From Rhynchobatus australiae (lineage: Eukaryota), in the NCBI GenBank assembly GCA_034780895.1, contig JAUZTB010000048.1, forward strand, positions 43,379,718 through 43,443,717: a stretch of DNA of 64,000 nt, written 5' to 3'. Each line of letters opens with the position of its first letter. Position 1 is the first letter of the stretch. The notes under the pieces were generated by a model that saw nothing but the letters and a program-made list of their open reading frames with translations, made no database searches and was not told the origin of the DNA. Shown one piece after another: positions 52,235 through 64,000 of this stretch. The position numbers and the translations under genes were made by a program.

Positions 52235-52752
52235 CCAATGTTGTCACCTTTTCAAAAAGGACAGCAGGGATAAAACAAGAAACCACAGGCCAGTGAGCCT
52301 GATGTCAGTGGTAGGGAAGTTGTTGGCGAATATTTTGAGGGACAGGATTTATGTTCACTTGTTAAAGCAGGGACTGATTAGGAGGTAGCGTGGTTTTGTG
52401 CAGGGGAGTTCATGTCTTACAAATCTGATTCAGTTTTTTGAGGAGGTAACTAAGAAAACTGATGAAGGCAGAGCAGTTGATGTGGACATTAATAAGGCTT
52501 TTGACAATGTCCCACAGGTTGGCTGGTCCAGAAGCTTCTGGCACAAGGGATCAGAGGCATGCTGGCAAACTGGATCCAAAATTGGCTTGGTGACAGGAGG
52601 CAGAGGGTAGAGGTGAATGGCTGTTTTTCTGACTAGTGTACCACAGCAATCGGTGCTAGGACCTTTGTTGTTTGTCATGTATATAAATAACTTTGGATGA
52701 GAATGTAGATGGTGTGATTAGTAAGTCTGCAGATAACATGAACATTGGGGGA
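52235..52752 (+). mobile_element. CR1 RT fragment
   Basis: ORF 52398..52610 SCLTNLIQFFEEVTKKTDEGRAVDV..NKAFDNVP. Confidence 0.88.
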
Positions 52753-53282
52753 GTCCATCCTAATGTGCTTCAAGATGTCTCACACTTCCTCCTTCCTGAT
52801 ACAGATGTGCTCCAGAATATCAGTGCACCCTTCCTTAACTCTGCAGTCTCCACCTCCTCCTCCCTGGTGAACACTGACGAAAAGTATTCATTTCTATCTC
52901 GCTCACGTCCCCAACTCCAAGTGTAGATTACCCCACTTGTCCCAAAAGGGACCTATTCCTTCCTTAGCTCACCTCCTGCTCTAATGTACTTGAAGTAGAT
53001 GCAGTAAAGCATACGAGCCCTCTCATGTTTCCCTTCCTGTCACTGCCTACTCTTCCCACTCGATCTGCCTATTCTATTTTCTATAGATGAGTCAGCCTCC
53101 CCTGCTGCCCTGTTGGGGTCCCCCCCCACCCTCCCCCCAGCATCACTTGCTTAAACCCTCCCAAGTAGCATTAGCACCCTCCAGTTCCGGTGAAACCTGT
53201 TTTTCTTGTACAGATCACCCCTGCCCCAGAATAGATCCCAATGATCCAAAAACCTGAAGCCTCCCTTTGGCACCAGCTCTAA
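52753..53282 (-). mobile_element. CR1 5' region fragments including an ORF1 SGNH-esterase-like remnant
   Basis: Minus strand 53186-53280 reads, with one frameshift, WCQRE-FRFLDHWDLFWGRGDLYKKNRFH, resembling the CR1 ORF1 esterase D.LH region. Confidence 0.65.
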
Positions 53283-53470
53283 TTTTTAAAATACTGACGT
53301 AGTCAACATAATAAGAGGGGTACATGCTTAACAAATTGCTGCTCCATTAGTACTTGTATGCTGCCCTGAAGATGTTGCACATCTTTTTGATCTTCCCCAG
53401 TATCTAGCCCCCAACCTTGTCTATTACTTAATGGGTACTCATTTACAGCAGTGTTTGTACCTTTCCCTAG

Positions 53471-53629
53471 GAGCCAGGTAACAGTCGTCTTCCTCCTCAC
53501 CTTATTGCACTTGACTCCACTCTCGCTGGGTTTTTTGATGATATCAGCTACTTGGACTTGCTGCCATGCAGACCGTTCGAAACTGTCTTCATATTTTATA
53601 TGAAACCAGGACAGAAAACCTGTCAGGAG
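53471..53629 (+). CDS. RALGAPB: RALGAPB coding exon (near start of the Rap-GAP-like domain): [53 protein letters not shown]
   Basis: ccctAG / GTAAGG; 159 nt, phase 0 to 0; translated by hand. Confidence 0.96.
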
Positions 53630-53794
53630 GTAAGGACTTTGATTGTTTGTTCGCCAAGTGTCAACAAAATAATTTTATTTTCATGATACTTAATTCTACC
53701 ATAAGGCACAGAGGAAAAACTTAATTACTTGGAGTACAGTGAATCCTTGAAACTGAATCATTGTAAAAATGTTCCACTCTATTGTGGAACATCT

Positions 53795-54275
53795 AAGATG
53801 GCTCCGGGACTGGAATGGTTGCTTCAAGTGCTGGGTTTTAGATGTTTCTGACAAGGAGGGAGGCAAAAGAGGTGGGGGAGAGGCACTGTTGATCAGAGAT
53901 AGTGTCACAGCTGCGGAAAAGGTGGACGTCGTGGAGGGACTGTCTACGGAGTCTCTGTGGGTGGAGGTTAGGAACAGGAATGGGTTGATAACTTTACTGG
54001 GTGTTTTNNNNNNNNNNNNNNNNNNNNNNNNNNNNNNNNNNNNNNNNNNNNNNNNNNNNNNNNNNNNNNNNNNNNNNNNNNNNNNNNNNNNNNNNNNNNN
54101 NNNNNNNGGTGGTGGAGGCGGATACGATAGGGTCTTTCAAGAGACTGTTGGATAGGTACATGGAGCTGAGTAAAACAGAGGGCTATGGGTAAGCCTGGTA
54201 ATTTCTAGAGTATGTGCAGCCCAGCTTTGTGGGGCAAAGGGCCTGAATCATGCTGTAGTTTTATATGTTCTATTG
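53795..54275 (+). mobile_element. Probably near-complete CR1 collapsed into an assembly gap (endonuclease start and 3' end)
   Basis: DKEGGKRGGGEALLIRDS...STESLWVEVRNRNG (AP endonuclease) before the gap; VVEADTIGSFKRLLDRYM and 3' UTR after it. Confidence 0.8.
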
Positions 54276-55719
54276 TAGGAGCACTTTATTTGATAGAGAT
54301 ACTCCGTGTCCTCACCAAGAACCTGCTTAAATCTCATCCTGGTTTCAGAATAAGCATGAAGCCATTCTCCATCTACGCTCATTCACTCTTGCAGGTTCCA
54401 TTTCTAATAGGCATGTGCACTGTCTCATTACTTGGTGAGACAAATGAAGTCGTGGCTTGTGCTGATCAGGAGGAAGCATGGGGATGGTGAATGGAGAAGG
54501 AGGAGAGCAAAGGGAATGAGAGTGCAAGAAGGTAGATGGTTCTTCAGTATAGAGGATTGAACAATACTGGAGGATGAGAATGGTTTACTGATAGCTTTAT
54601 TATGGTCCACAAGATCCTTAGCGTCTCGGATTAAGGTCATGGAATAATATTCAGTTGCTGTCGGGAGATAAATATGTTGGAGGGTAACTGGATTCTTTTG
54701 AAATGGCTGAATTCTGTGACAATCCTGTTGTTTCCCCTGTCTAGGTTATCTAGAATTAGGAAGAGACAGTTTCAGAGCAAAGAATTGCCATAAGATACTG
54801 AGATGAAGAGAAATTTCCTTTCACAGAGGGTTGTAACTCTCTGAAACTCCCTTCCACACAGGGCTGTACATATAATGGTTGTTGAGTATATTTGAGGTTG
54901 ACATTAATAGAATTTTGGATGGTAAGGAAAGTGGAAGATGTAGGGATCAGGTCAACAAATGGACTTGAAATATAGGATCAGTCATGAAATTATGGACTGG
55001 TGGTGCAGGCTTGAGTGGTCATACGATAAACTCCCGCACATGTTTGAAATCTTTGCGTTGTGGTTTGCACAATGTGAGAAATTCTTTTACAAGTTGTATC
55101 TCATACGGAGTTGATTGTCATACTTCATGTGATTGGCCTGCTGTGATGACTTTTTTCTTGAGGACTAGCTTTTTCTTCAAAATTCAGTTTACCATCATCA
55201 TGTTGGTGTACCCATCCTACAACTAATAATCTTGCAAGATATTTATTGGATATAAATTAGTTTAGAATTGCAGATGCACATTGTTATTATTGAAGATGAT
55301 GAGTTGCAGAATGAATTCATGTTTGACTTGAACTCAGCTAATTGCCATTTCGTTGTTTCATTTAGGCAAATGTTTTTAGGCTGTACCCAATATTGATTCA
55401 TCTAGTTTAAATGTGGTGCACTTGGACCACATTAAATACATGGAATGAAGCATCTCAGACAAGAGCCTAGAAGAATTTAGGCATTTGGCATTCAGCCAAA
55501 CCATTCAAAAATAACAAATGAAACTTGTTTTGATCTGATATTCTCCCTCAGTGCAATTGAAACGAGCAACGGTGATTCATTCAAATTAATGCTTTGTTTA
55601 CCAAATGCACCCAGCTCTCAACTAGCCTCCAGTTGTGTAATTAATTGATCCCACTTTTGATATTGCTGGCCTTTATTTTAGGTTTCATTTATCTTTGATT
55701 ATTTTCCTTGTCTTTGCAG

Positions 55720-55885
55720 ATTCTCAGGAATGTAGAATCCTCCAGTAACGTGCAGTCTAATTTCCTGGAATTCCTCTTGTCATTGGGATGGCCAGTGGAA
55801 GTTGGAAAGCACCCAGGGTGGACTGGTCAGATCTCGACCAGCTGGCTAATTAACACAGGGAGTGGCAATGAAGGGAAAGAACAAA
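55720..55885 (+). CDS. RALGAPB: RALGAPB coding exon: [55 protein letters not shown]
   Basis: ttgcAG / GTATGT; 166 nt, phase 0 to 1; FLxxLGW motif of the Rap-GAP-like fold. Confidence 0.96.
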
Positions 55886-57792
55886 GTATGTTGACAAGGG
55901 AAATTAGCAATTGCTGAATGTAACATTAAAAAACTTAATCCATAGTAGATTTCCTAACTTAACAGCACATACAGCAAGTCTGAAATATAAACAGAAAAAG
56001 GAAGATATACATGAGCAGCATCGGTGGATAAAGAAAAAGGGTTAATGTTTCAGGCCGATGACCTTTTCCTTTGCACAAGTTACCTCCTGAGACTATTGAA
56101 GAGGTACAATTGCAAGAGGTTATTTTGACGTCTAGTTTGTAGCTTGGCCAATATGGTAGCTGTTTTGCACACAAAATCCTGTTTTTAAAAAAAAATCATT
56201 GAAATAGACATCTAGCTAGTCTTATTTTGGTATTAGAATAGCAGGGGATAACACAGTTTGAAATCTTCAATCAGTCATCAACTCCCTCTCCCCTCCCCCT
56301 TTCCATTTGACACCGGCTTTTGATGGAAGCTGATCCAGATATCCACAACTCCTCATGTGAAGAAGTGCTTCCTGACTTCACTCTGAACCATCTGGCTCTA
56401 ATTTAAAGGTTACACCCTCTCATTCAAGTCTGCCTCACCAGAGGAAATTGTTTTGCTCTCACTCTCCCTCCTTTATCAACCTAAACACCAAATCAGACCA
56501 CACTTTAATTGTCTATACTAAGAGGAATGTACACCTAGACTGTGTATCTTATGCATATTAGGGTTAAATTATTGTATATAGCTGAGTCTTTAGAGAACCT
56601 TTTCAAATCTTTTTTTCTTCATTCTGATCTTGGACCAGTTTATAATGTAAGACCAGTGAATACACCATTCCAAGTTCTGTCTCATCAAGGGTGTTGTCTT
56701 AGGTTCAGTGCCATCGATCACTGCCATAAATGGTTTGATAGTACAGCTTATTATGATCATCAGTATGTCAGTGATTTGAGTCCATGCAAATTGACCATGT
56801 GTCTCAGTGCTATTTTATTATGCAACTATTGAGAAAACTGCTATTTAAAAAAGGTTAGAAATAACTAATACTTTTTAAATTAATCAAATGAATATTGCAC
56901 ATTACCTGATATATGCCTGAGTTTAAGGGAACTGTTTGGTCTACAGCTTTTTATTTATCCATGTCTTTAACGCAGTAAAGCGGCTTCACAGAAATATCAG
57001 TCAGAGTTTGACACTGAGCCATATTAGGAGATGATAAGACTGCTAACCCAAAGCTCAATCAAAGAGAGAGGATTTAAGATGAGTTTTAAGGAAGGAAAGA
57101 GAGCCAGAAAGGTTTGTAGAGAGAATTTCCAGAGCTTAGGGCCTTGGTAGCTGGAAGTATAATTGTCAGTGGCGGAGTGAAGAAAATTAGAAGTGCACAG
57201 AAGATCAGAATTGGAAGGCCAGTGCCTGCAAATTGTCCTGCAAATTTCATCCCAACCTTCATCCTCACTGGGTCAATATCCTGCAGTTCCTTATCTGTAT
57301 TGCTCTGGAAGCATCGTTAATGTACAGATGGCTTGCACCTTCTCTGGTCAATGAAATATGACTGTCTGTATTGACCACATCCCATGAACCAATATTTTGG
57401 AATCTGTCACCCATATTTATTCAGACTGGCAATTGTCTGAGAAGATCGGAAAGAGATGGAGGCCAAGGTATTCTTATAAGATGCATTGCTCTGAAAATAA
57501 CTCTCCTGTTTAGGTGATGTATTGACAAGTCAACCTTTCTATCCTGTATTTGTCAGTTGGATTTGAGGGAGAAAAGAATAAAGAGTTACAGCGATGCATT
57601 TAGAGGCAGGAGGAAACTTGAATGGAGTTTAAGCTCTGACATAGGCTGCTCAAGTTAAATGGTCTGTTTCCATGCTCTCTATCCTTTGTAAGGACAGTGA
57701 AGTTTGAAGCAAAGAAAACAGGTCAGTAGCTTGTCTATTTTAACTTTACCAATCTTGGACCAAACTTTGTAAGATCTGTCTGATCCTTTCAG

Positions 57793-57915
57793 AGGACTTG
57801 TTGACGCCTGAAGACACTGGAGGAGGTGTTTTTAATGGGGAGAAGAACGCACTGTATTATGCCGATGCCTTGACAGAGATTGCCTTTGTTGTTCCCTCTT
57901 TTGTGGAGTCATCCA
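57793..57915 (+). CDS. RALGAPB: RALGAPB coding exon: [40 protein letters not shown]
   Basis: tttcAG / GTAAGT; 123 nt, phase 1 to 1; [16 protein letters not shown] motif. Confidence 0.95.
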
Positions 57916-59565
57916 GTAAGTCAAAATTTGGAGTTTGAGAAATCCATTTGACACTAAATACAGCAAAGTGTCACGTAAACTCTCTTGACATGCAGCCTGA
58001 CCTCTTCACATAAAAATACTTTATATTTTATGGACAGTATTAAATCATTAAGAGTTGGGCCTTTGATTATTAGNNNNNNNNNNNNNNNNNNNNNNNNNNN
58101 NNNNNNNNNNNNNNNNNNNGTTCCCATGCTGTGCTGTTCTAGGATGTTCCACTGGCCAGGGATTTCAGTTTGGATCGAGGGCCATGTTAATGAAGTAAAC
58201 TTTTATTGGAACCAATTATCAGCCTCAAATTTAAAACTCTACATGCTGAAGAATAACTAAATACAAATATCTAAACTTACAAGCAGAGCATATTTTGATA
58301 CCAGGTGGAAGTTCCTGCCTGATTCCCATACCTCAAGATTTCCCTCCTATTTCAAAAAAGTCTATTTTTTCTCACTGTATACGGTGCTCAAGGTGTGTAT
58401 GAAGGTCCTTGCAATTACAGCAAGACTTCCTCACTCCTGCATTCAAACTCCCTTGCAATAAAGACCAATATACAATTCTGCGAATGAATTCTTTGCCAGC
58501 ACTTCCTTGTTAATTTAATATTTCATGAATCAGCCCACTAACTTTGTTTTATGACCTTTGCAAGCTTGTTTTAACTTTTTAAATATTCTTTTCTTTCTAC
58601 CAAAATGGATCTGTATTCCCCACATTATTCTCCATCTGCTATTGTCTACCCACTTGTTTAACCTGTCTCCATCCCTCTGCTGACTCATCCTCTACATCTC
58701 AATTTCCTCCTAGCTTTGTATTGTCTGCAAACCTGCATACAGTACATTGTCATTTTATCTAATTCATGAATGTAAACTGAATAACTGAAATCCTAATACT
58801 GATCCCTGTGAACCCCAGTAGTAACACTTTCATAGTTAAATATCCAGTGAATACAATTTATTCATACTGTTTTCTGTTTGTTCACCAATGAAGGCAGCGT
58901 ATTACCCCCCCCCAATCCTTCTCGTGACACTTTATTGAAGCCTTCTGAAAGTTCAAACGCACAATGCCCACAGGGTCAGTGGCCACCTTTTACAAACCCT
59001 TGGAATGTGAGTCATTGATCCTGGCATTTATTGGCATTTAGTCCCATTAATTTCTCTAATGCTATTTTGTCACTAACATCAATTTCTTTCTCTTCCTCCT
59101 TCACTGTTGACCTCTATTAAACTCCACTATTTCCAGGTTTTCTGTGTCATCTTCTACGAAGATGGGAACAAATATTTGTTTAATATTTCTGCATTTTTCT
59201 ATATTTCCTAGGCTCAAAAATATTTTCTGTTAGTGTACTCCCCTCTCCTCTGAAGAAGTTGTCTCCTTATTGGTTAAATTCTGTATGCATCATGTTCCTG
59301 GTATACATTGTGACCCTAAACTATGACCAGGACATTTTATACATGTTAGGAGAAGGGAGGAGGGTGTCTCCATCTCAGACAAGCCCTAATATGCCTTTGC
59401 CAAAATCTACCTGCATGTTTCCACTTGCATTACTGATATCTGACAAGAGCACCAGGCCTGATGTGTTTTCACTTTTCCAATTCACTGCCAACACAGTAGC
59501 ACTTAAATGGACTGACTATACCATACTGAACACCTCCCAGAACAACAAACTCAGCAGTCTTCCAC

Positions 59566-59603
59566 CTGTCCTGATGAAGGGTCTCAACCCGAAACATCGA
59601 CTG
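59566..59603 (+). ncRNA. Minimal type I hammerhead ribozyme motif (PLE type), sense to the RALGAPB pre-mRNA
   Basis: ctGTC-CTGATGA-A-GGGT-ctca-ACCC-GAAA-ca-TC-GACtg: intact core boxes, 4-bp stem II, short stem I, predicted cut after 59598. Activity is not demonstrated. Confidence 0.6.
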
Positions 59604-59700
59604 TTTATTTCCCACCATAGATAATGCCAGGCCTGCTGAGTTCCTCCAGCACTTTATGTGTGTTGCTCCAAATTCCAGCATCTGCAGAAGCTTTAGAGTT
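59570..59700 (+). mobile_element. PLE-derived 131-bp insertion with a 10-bp TSD
   Basis: TTCCACCTGT direct repeats at 59560-59569 and 59701-59710; family sequence ctgctgagttcctccagc...ttccagcatctgcag. Confidence 0.85.
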
Positions 59701-60025
59701 TTCCACCTGTTGTGGTTTCTAAAAAACTGGTGCTTGCACTGAACCACCATGTGAAGCTTCATTATGAGAAAAGAATACCTCTTTTCACTCTGGTCGAAAT
59801 GCTAATTTAGTAAGAAATGAGCATTAAATAGTTTAAAACAAAATTCTATATTCTTCAATTGTGATTGCAATGAAATATTCATTGAAATGTTAAACATCCA
59901 TTTAACATACCTTTTGATTTAAAAATAATGTTGGTATTTTAGCTGCCACTCCATGCTCATTGAATCCATCATCTTGAGTGCCACAATATTGCAGAGTGAT
60001 CATTACTTTACTGTTATGTTTGTAG

Positions 60026-60162
60026 CTGACTCTTTGGAGAGTGGACTTGCAACACAAGAGACAGAGACACAGATGGACCTGCTGCCAAGCCTCCTGAAAC
60101 AAGCCCCACTGACCTTGGAGCTCTTCCCAAATCATTCTGACAACCTCGGCAATTCGCAAAGG
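60026..60162 (+). CDS. RALGAPB: RALGAPB coding exon: (T)DSLESGLATQETETQMDLLPSLLKQAPLTLELFPNHSDNLGNSQR
   Basis: ttgtAG / GTGAGA; 137 nt, phase 1 to 0. Confidence 0.94.
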
Positions 60163-61474
60163 GTGAGATTCTCTCAGCCACAGATTTATTCTTCCAGTAA
60201 TTAAGACTGTAGTATCAGCTTTGTATGTACTGTGTGGAACCCTGCTGCACATTAATGTGTTCAAAAATACCTACCCCCAAATCCTCAATTGTTGTTGTTA
60301 TAAACAAAAGTTAATCAAAATTCTGCTTTTGTTTAACTTTTTTCATTATGAAATCCTGCACAACAATACCTTTTACTTGGGTGAGATTTGGACAGCATTC
60401 CTTCCTAAACCACAACCTCTGAATATTAGCAGCTTACCCCCTTACTCTTTGCTATGAGCAAACTACTGGCTGCATTTCCCTGCGTGGTGGCTTTCACTGT
60501 TGAAGTTCATTGTCAGCTTCATTCAATGTTGGTATTCTCATCCTTGGCGTAGAGGCTGTGGACTTTAAGTACAGTATCAAAGGGTGCAGTCTTTTAGTCT
60601 TGTTTTAATCAAAGAACCAATCTGTCTTCTCAAGTGGATGTTCGCCATCCATTATTTTAAAGAAGAGCATGGGGACAGCATCATGAAAGCCTTTAACTGA
60701 TCTTCTATCTCACAGTCAGTGGGAGCAAACTTCTTGCTGTCATCTGTGTAATGAGCAATTGNNNNNNNNNNNNNNNNNNNNNNNNNNNNNNNNNNNNNNN
60801 NNNNNNNNNNNNNNNNNNNNNNNNNNNNNNNNNNNNNNNNNNNNNNNNNNNNNNNNNNNNNCTGTCATCTGTGTAATGAGCAATTGAATTTAAAGAATGC
60901 TTTCATTTAATGTGAAGCATTTTAGGACGATGGGTGCAAAATGTGTTTTGTAATGCAGATTATTACTTCTACTGGGAGCCATTGAAATCACCAATGGGAT
61001 TCTACTGGGAGCCATTGCAATCATCATTAGTGGCTTGCCCCTAGCTGGAGCACTGTTGTCACCGAGAGTCACTGCCAGGTGACCTATCCTGAGCACACAA
61101 CCATGCTGAGCTTAGTCCACAGCCTAATGTTGGCAATCAGATTCAACTATGCACATCAATTGTTGTTTCCCCCCGAATTTAACTCCAGTCCTGTGGAGGC
61201 TGTCAACGATGATGGTGTGCATTCTGATGTGGTTGGTTGAGTTGTCTGCCCAGACGGTGTGTCTGAACAAGTGAAATCTTCTGACCTGACCACTTCAGTC
61301 ACCAGCAGAAGTGCTGCTCAACAGCAAACCTCAATGCTGTTAATGTGCTTGCTGAAGCAGATCAGAGTATTTATCACTGGCTGAATACCTCCAGTTTCCA
61401 ATGCAGAGAAGTCTCATTGGCCATGTCTCTGAGCCCTGCAGCAGTACTAGGAGGATGTGCACATTGCAGAGGTG

Positions 61475-61930
61475 AATCTCAGAATCAGATTTATTATCAC
61501 TGACTTAGATGACGTGAAATTTGTTGTTTTGCTGCAGCAGTACAGTGTAAAGACAAAATTACTATAAATTACAAAAATAAATGATGCAAAAAGAAATAAC
61601 GAGGTACAGTTCATGGATGGTTCAGAAATCTGGTGACAGAGGGGAAGAAGCTTTCTGAATCGTTGAGTGTGGATCTTCAGGCTCCTGTACCTCTTCCCTG
61701 ATGGTAGTAACGAGGAAAGGGCATGTCCTGGGCGGTGAGGGTCCTCAGTAATGGATGCCACCTTCTTGAAGCACCACCTCTTGAAGATGCCCTCGATGGT
61801 GGGGAGGGTTGTGCATGTGATGGAGCTGGCTGAGTCTACAACCCTCTGCAGCCTCGTGCGATCCTGTGCATTGGAGCCTCCATACCAGGCGGTGATGCAA
61901 CCAGTCAGAATGATCTCCTCCATACATGCT
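61475..61930 (-). mobile_element. Rex1/Babar LINE 3' fragment, relatively young
   Basis: ORF 61447..61923 (-) ILTGCITAWYG...RLQRVVDSASSI...DPHRPGHALSSLLPSGKRYRSLK; tail aataaatctgattctg. Confidence 0.88.
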
Positions 61931-62063
61931 GGAGCAAGAGATGTGTCTGAGCTGTTTCATGTACTTATGCGCAAGTGAGTTTGTCTTTTAATTTCTGCCT
62001 TGCTTCTCGTATGTTGCAGGTTGTAACCAAAAACTCTCTATTTTCAATTTCTCTCTTCTAAAG

Positions 62064-62172
62064 CCAAGTCCAACACAGAAAACCAAGAAGCTGCCACTTG
62101 GCCGCACAGTACCTCCACTGGGCCCTGAAACCAAGGTTATTGTTGTGTGGGTCGAACGCTTTGATGATATAG
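62064..62172 (+). CDS. RALGAPB: RALGAPB coding exon (last in window): [36 protein letters not shown]
   Basis: Pyrimidine tract with aAG acceptor, GTATAG donor; 109 nt, phase 0 to 1. The exact acceptor is slightly less certain. Confidence 0.9.
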
Positions 62173-63059
62173 GTATAGTATTGTTTTACTAAGAGCTTTC
62201 GTACAACCCTGCATTACTGCACCATCATATGCCACTGTGTGTTACCGGTCTCAGTTACTTGTGCACTTAGCTCAGCTCATTGTACTATGAAATAATTTTT
62301 TAAACTTAGCCTCCCATGCTGCAAAAATTATAGTCCCTACTTTAGGAGCATCTTGTTATATATGTAGCACTAAGAATTTGCATCTGTAAAGCACCAATAC
62401 CATTGCAAAAGCATCCTAAAACATTTCATGGAAGTGTTATCAGACAATAGATTGATGCCAAGCTATTTAGGGGGACTTGAGAGCAAGTGATCAAAAGCTT
62501 ATTCAAGGTGATTTCTTAAAGGAGTAAAGAGACGTGAAGAGGTTGAGGAAAAGAATTCCAGGACTGCTGGACTCTCAGCACCGACAAATTAAATTCAGGG
62601 ATGTTCAGGAGGCCAGAAATGGAGGAGTGCGGATCTCTCGGGTAGTCGTCAGAAGTTGTAGGGCCAGATTAGATTACAGAAAAAGGGAGATCAAGACCAT
62701 AGATTTATTTGGAAACATGATTAAGAATTCTTGAAACTGAACTCCAGCCCTGAGAGAAGGTTAGCATAAGTCAGCCAGCACAAGGGCGATGGGTGGACTG
62801 GACAGTGTGGGCTTGGATCTGAGGTTTTGTTGAAGTAGAAGTAAGGATGCCTGCCAGGAGGACATTGAAACAACCGAGACCAAGATAATAAAGGATGAGG
62901 GTTTCAGGAGCAGATTAAGTGTTGCAGGAATACAGTTGGGCAATTGGTGATAATATTGAAAACCAAACCTGCAGATGCCAGAAATTAGAAATATAAATAG
63001 AAATACTCAGCAAGATAGAGAGAAATGGTGACACAACCACAGCCTGGGTTCAGACTATT

Positions 63060-63790
63060 GCCAGGAAAATACTTGCTGTGGAGAAGGTTGTGGAAGCTAG
63101 AAAGAACAGTGATGTCCTGAAACATCTCAACATTATGAAAGAGGAGGTACTGGCAGTCTTGAGGCACATAAAGGTCTGTAAATCCCTAGGGCCTAACCAA
63201 GTGCATCTTAGGACGTTGTGGGAAGCTAGGAACGAAATTGGTGCGGGCCTGGCAGAGATTATTGTATCTCCCTTCACCACAGGTGCGGTACCAGAAGACT
63301 AGAGGGTGGCTAATGTTGTGCCTTTACTTAAGGAGGGCTGCAAGGACAAGCCAGAGAACAATAGGTCAGTGAGCCTAACATCAATAGGAAAGTTACTGGA
63401 GGGGATTCTGAGGGACAGGATCTATCTGTATTTGGAAAAGCAAGAATGGATTAGGGACAGTCAGCATGGTTTTGTGCGTGGGAAATCATGTCTCACAAAT
63501 TTGATTGAGTTTTTGTTTTGAAGAGGTGACCTAGAGGGTTGATGAGGGAAGGTGGGTAGACATCGTCTACTTGTACTTCAACATGGCCTTTGACAAGTCC
63601 CACATGGTAGGCTGGTCTGGAAGGTTAAATCTCATGGGATCCAAGGTTAGCTAGCCAATTGGATACACAATTGGCTTGCTGGTAGGAGTCAGAGGGTAGT
63701 AGTGGAGGTATATTTTTAAAATTGGAGGCCTGTGACCAGTGGTGTGCTGCTGGGATTGGTGCTGGGCCTTCTGTCAAAATTGGTGCTGAA
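63060..63790 (+). mobile_element. CR1 RT fragment
   Basis: ORFs 63078..63302 and 63306..63521: KSLGPNQVHLRTLWE, ANVVPLLK...RSVSLTS, QHGFVRGKSCLTNLIEF. Confidence 0.9.
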
Positions 63791-64000
63791 GACTACAGAC
63801 ATCCACAATTTGCTCCTGGATAGGGTGGGCTTTCACCTCCTAAATGGACTTTGGTGGGAGATGCGGAGAGATCTTGTATCTGTTCTCACTTCCTGTCAAA
63901 TAACACATCCCAAGTTCAAGCAGCCTTTGTGTTTCTCACACATTTGCAGTGCACCTAACACCACTCCCGTTGATGTAACATGGCTAATGGACAGGCACAG

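Noticed and set aside
60737-60886. Identical 25-mer ctgtcatctgtgtaatgagcaattg flanking a 100-N gap
   Set aside because: Scaffolding overlap artefact rather than a TSD; it cannot be evaluated without reads.
60968-61026. 33-bp tandem duplication (also small ones at about 640-661, 22355-22412 and 40549-40570)
   Set aside because: Two-copy slippage duplications with no further structure.

Overview
AT-rich vertebrate genomic DNA from a gapped draft assembly. The repeat families point to a cartilaginous fish, probably a ray or skate (inference). The whole window lies inside one + strand gene, RALGAPB (Ral GTPase-activating protein non-catalytic beta subunit). I traced 20 internal coding exons from 7603 to 62172 (3024 nt, about 1008 codons), all with AG/GT boundaries and consistent phases, plus a 36-nt in-frame cassette micro-exon at 12547-12582. 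The gene start and stop lie outside the window. The introns hold decayed CR1 and Rex/Babar LINEs, V-domain and Deu-domain SINEs, two Tigger-like MITEs and a Penelope-like element (PLE) GIY-YIG remnant. The most interesting signal is a dispersed family of short PLE-derived repeats that carry a minimal type I hammerhead ribozyme motif. Its by-eye consensus is CAGUC-CUGAUGA-A-GGG..CCC-GAAA-CG-UC^GACUG. These copies often form fold-back hairpins inside the RALGAPB pre-mRNA. All identifications come from reading the sequence and from remembered protein and repeat families; no database search or folding was run.
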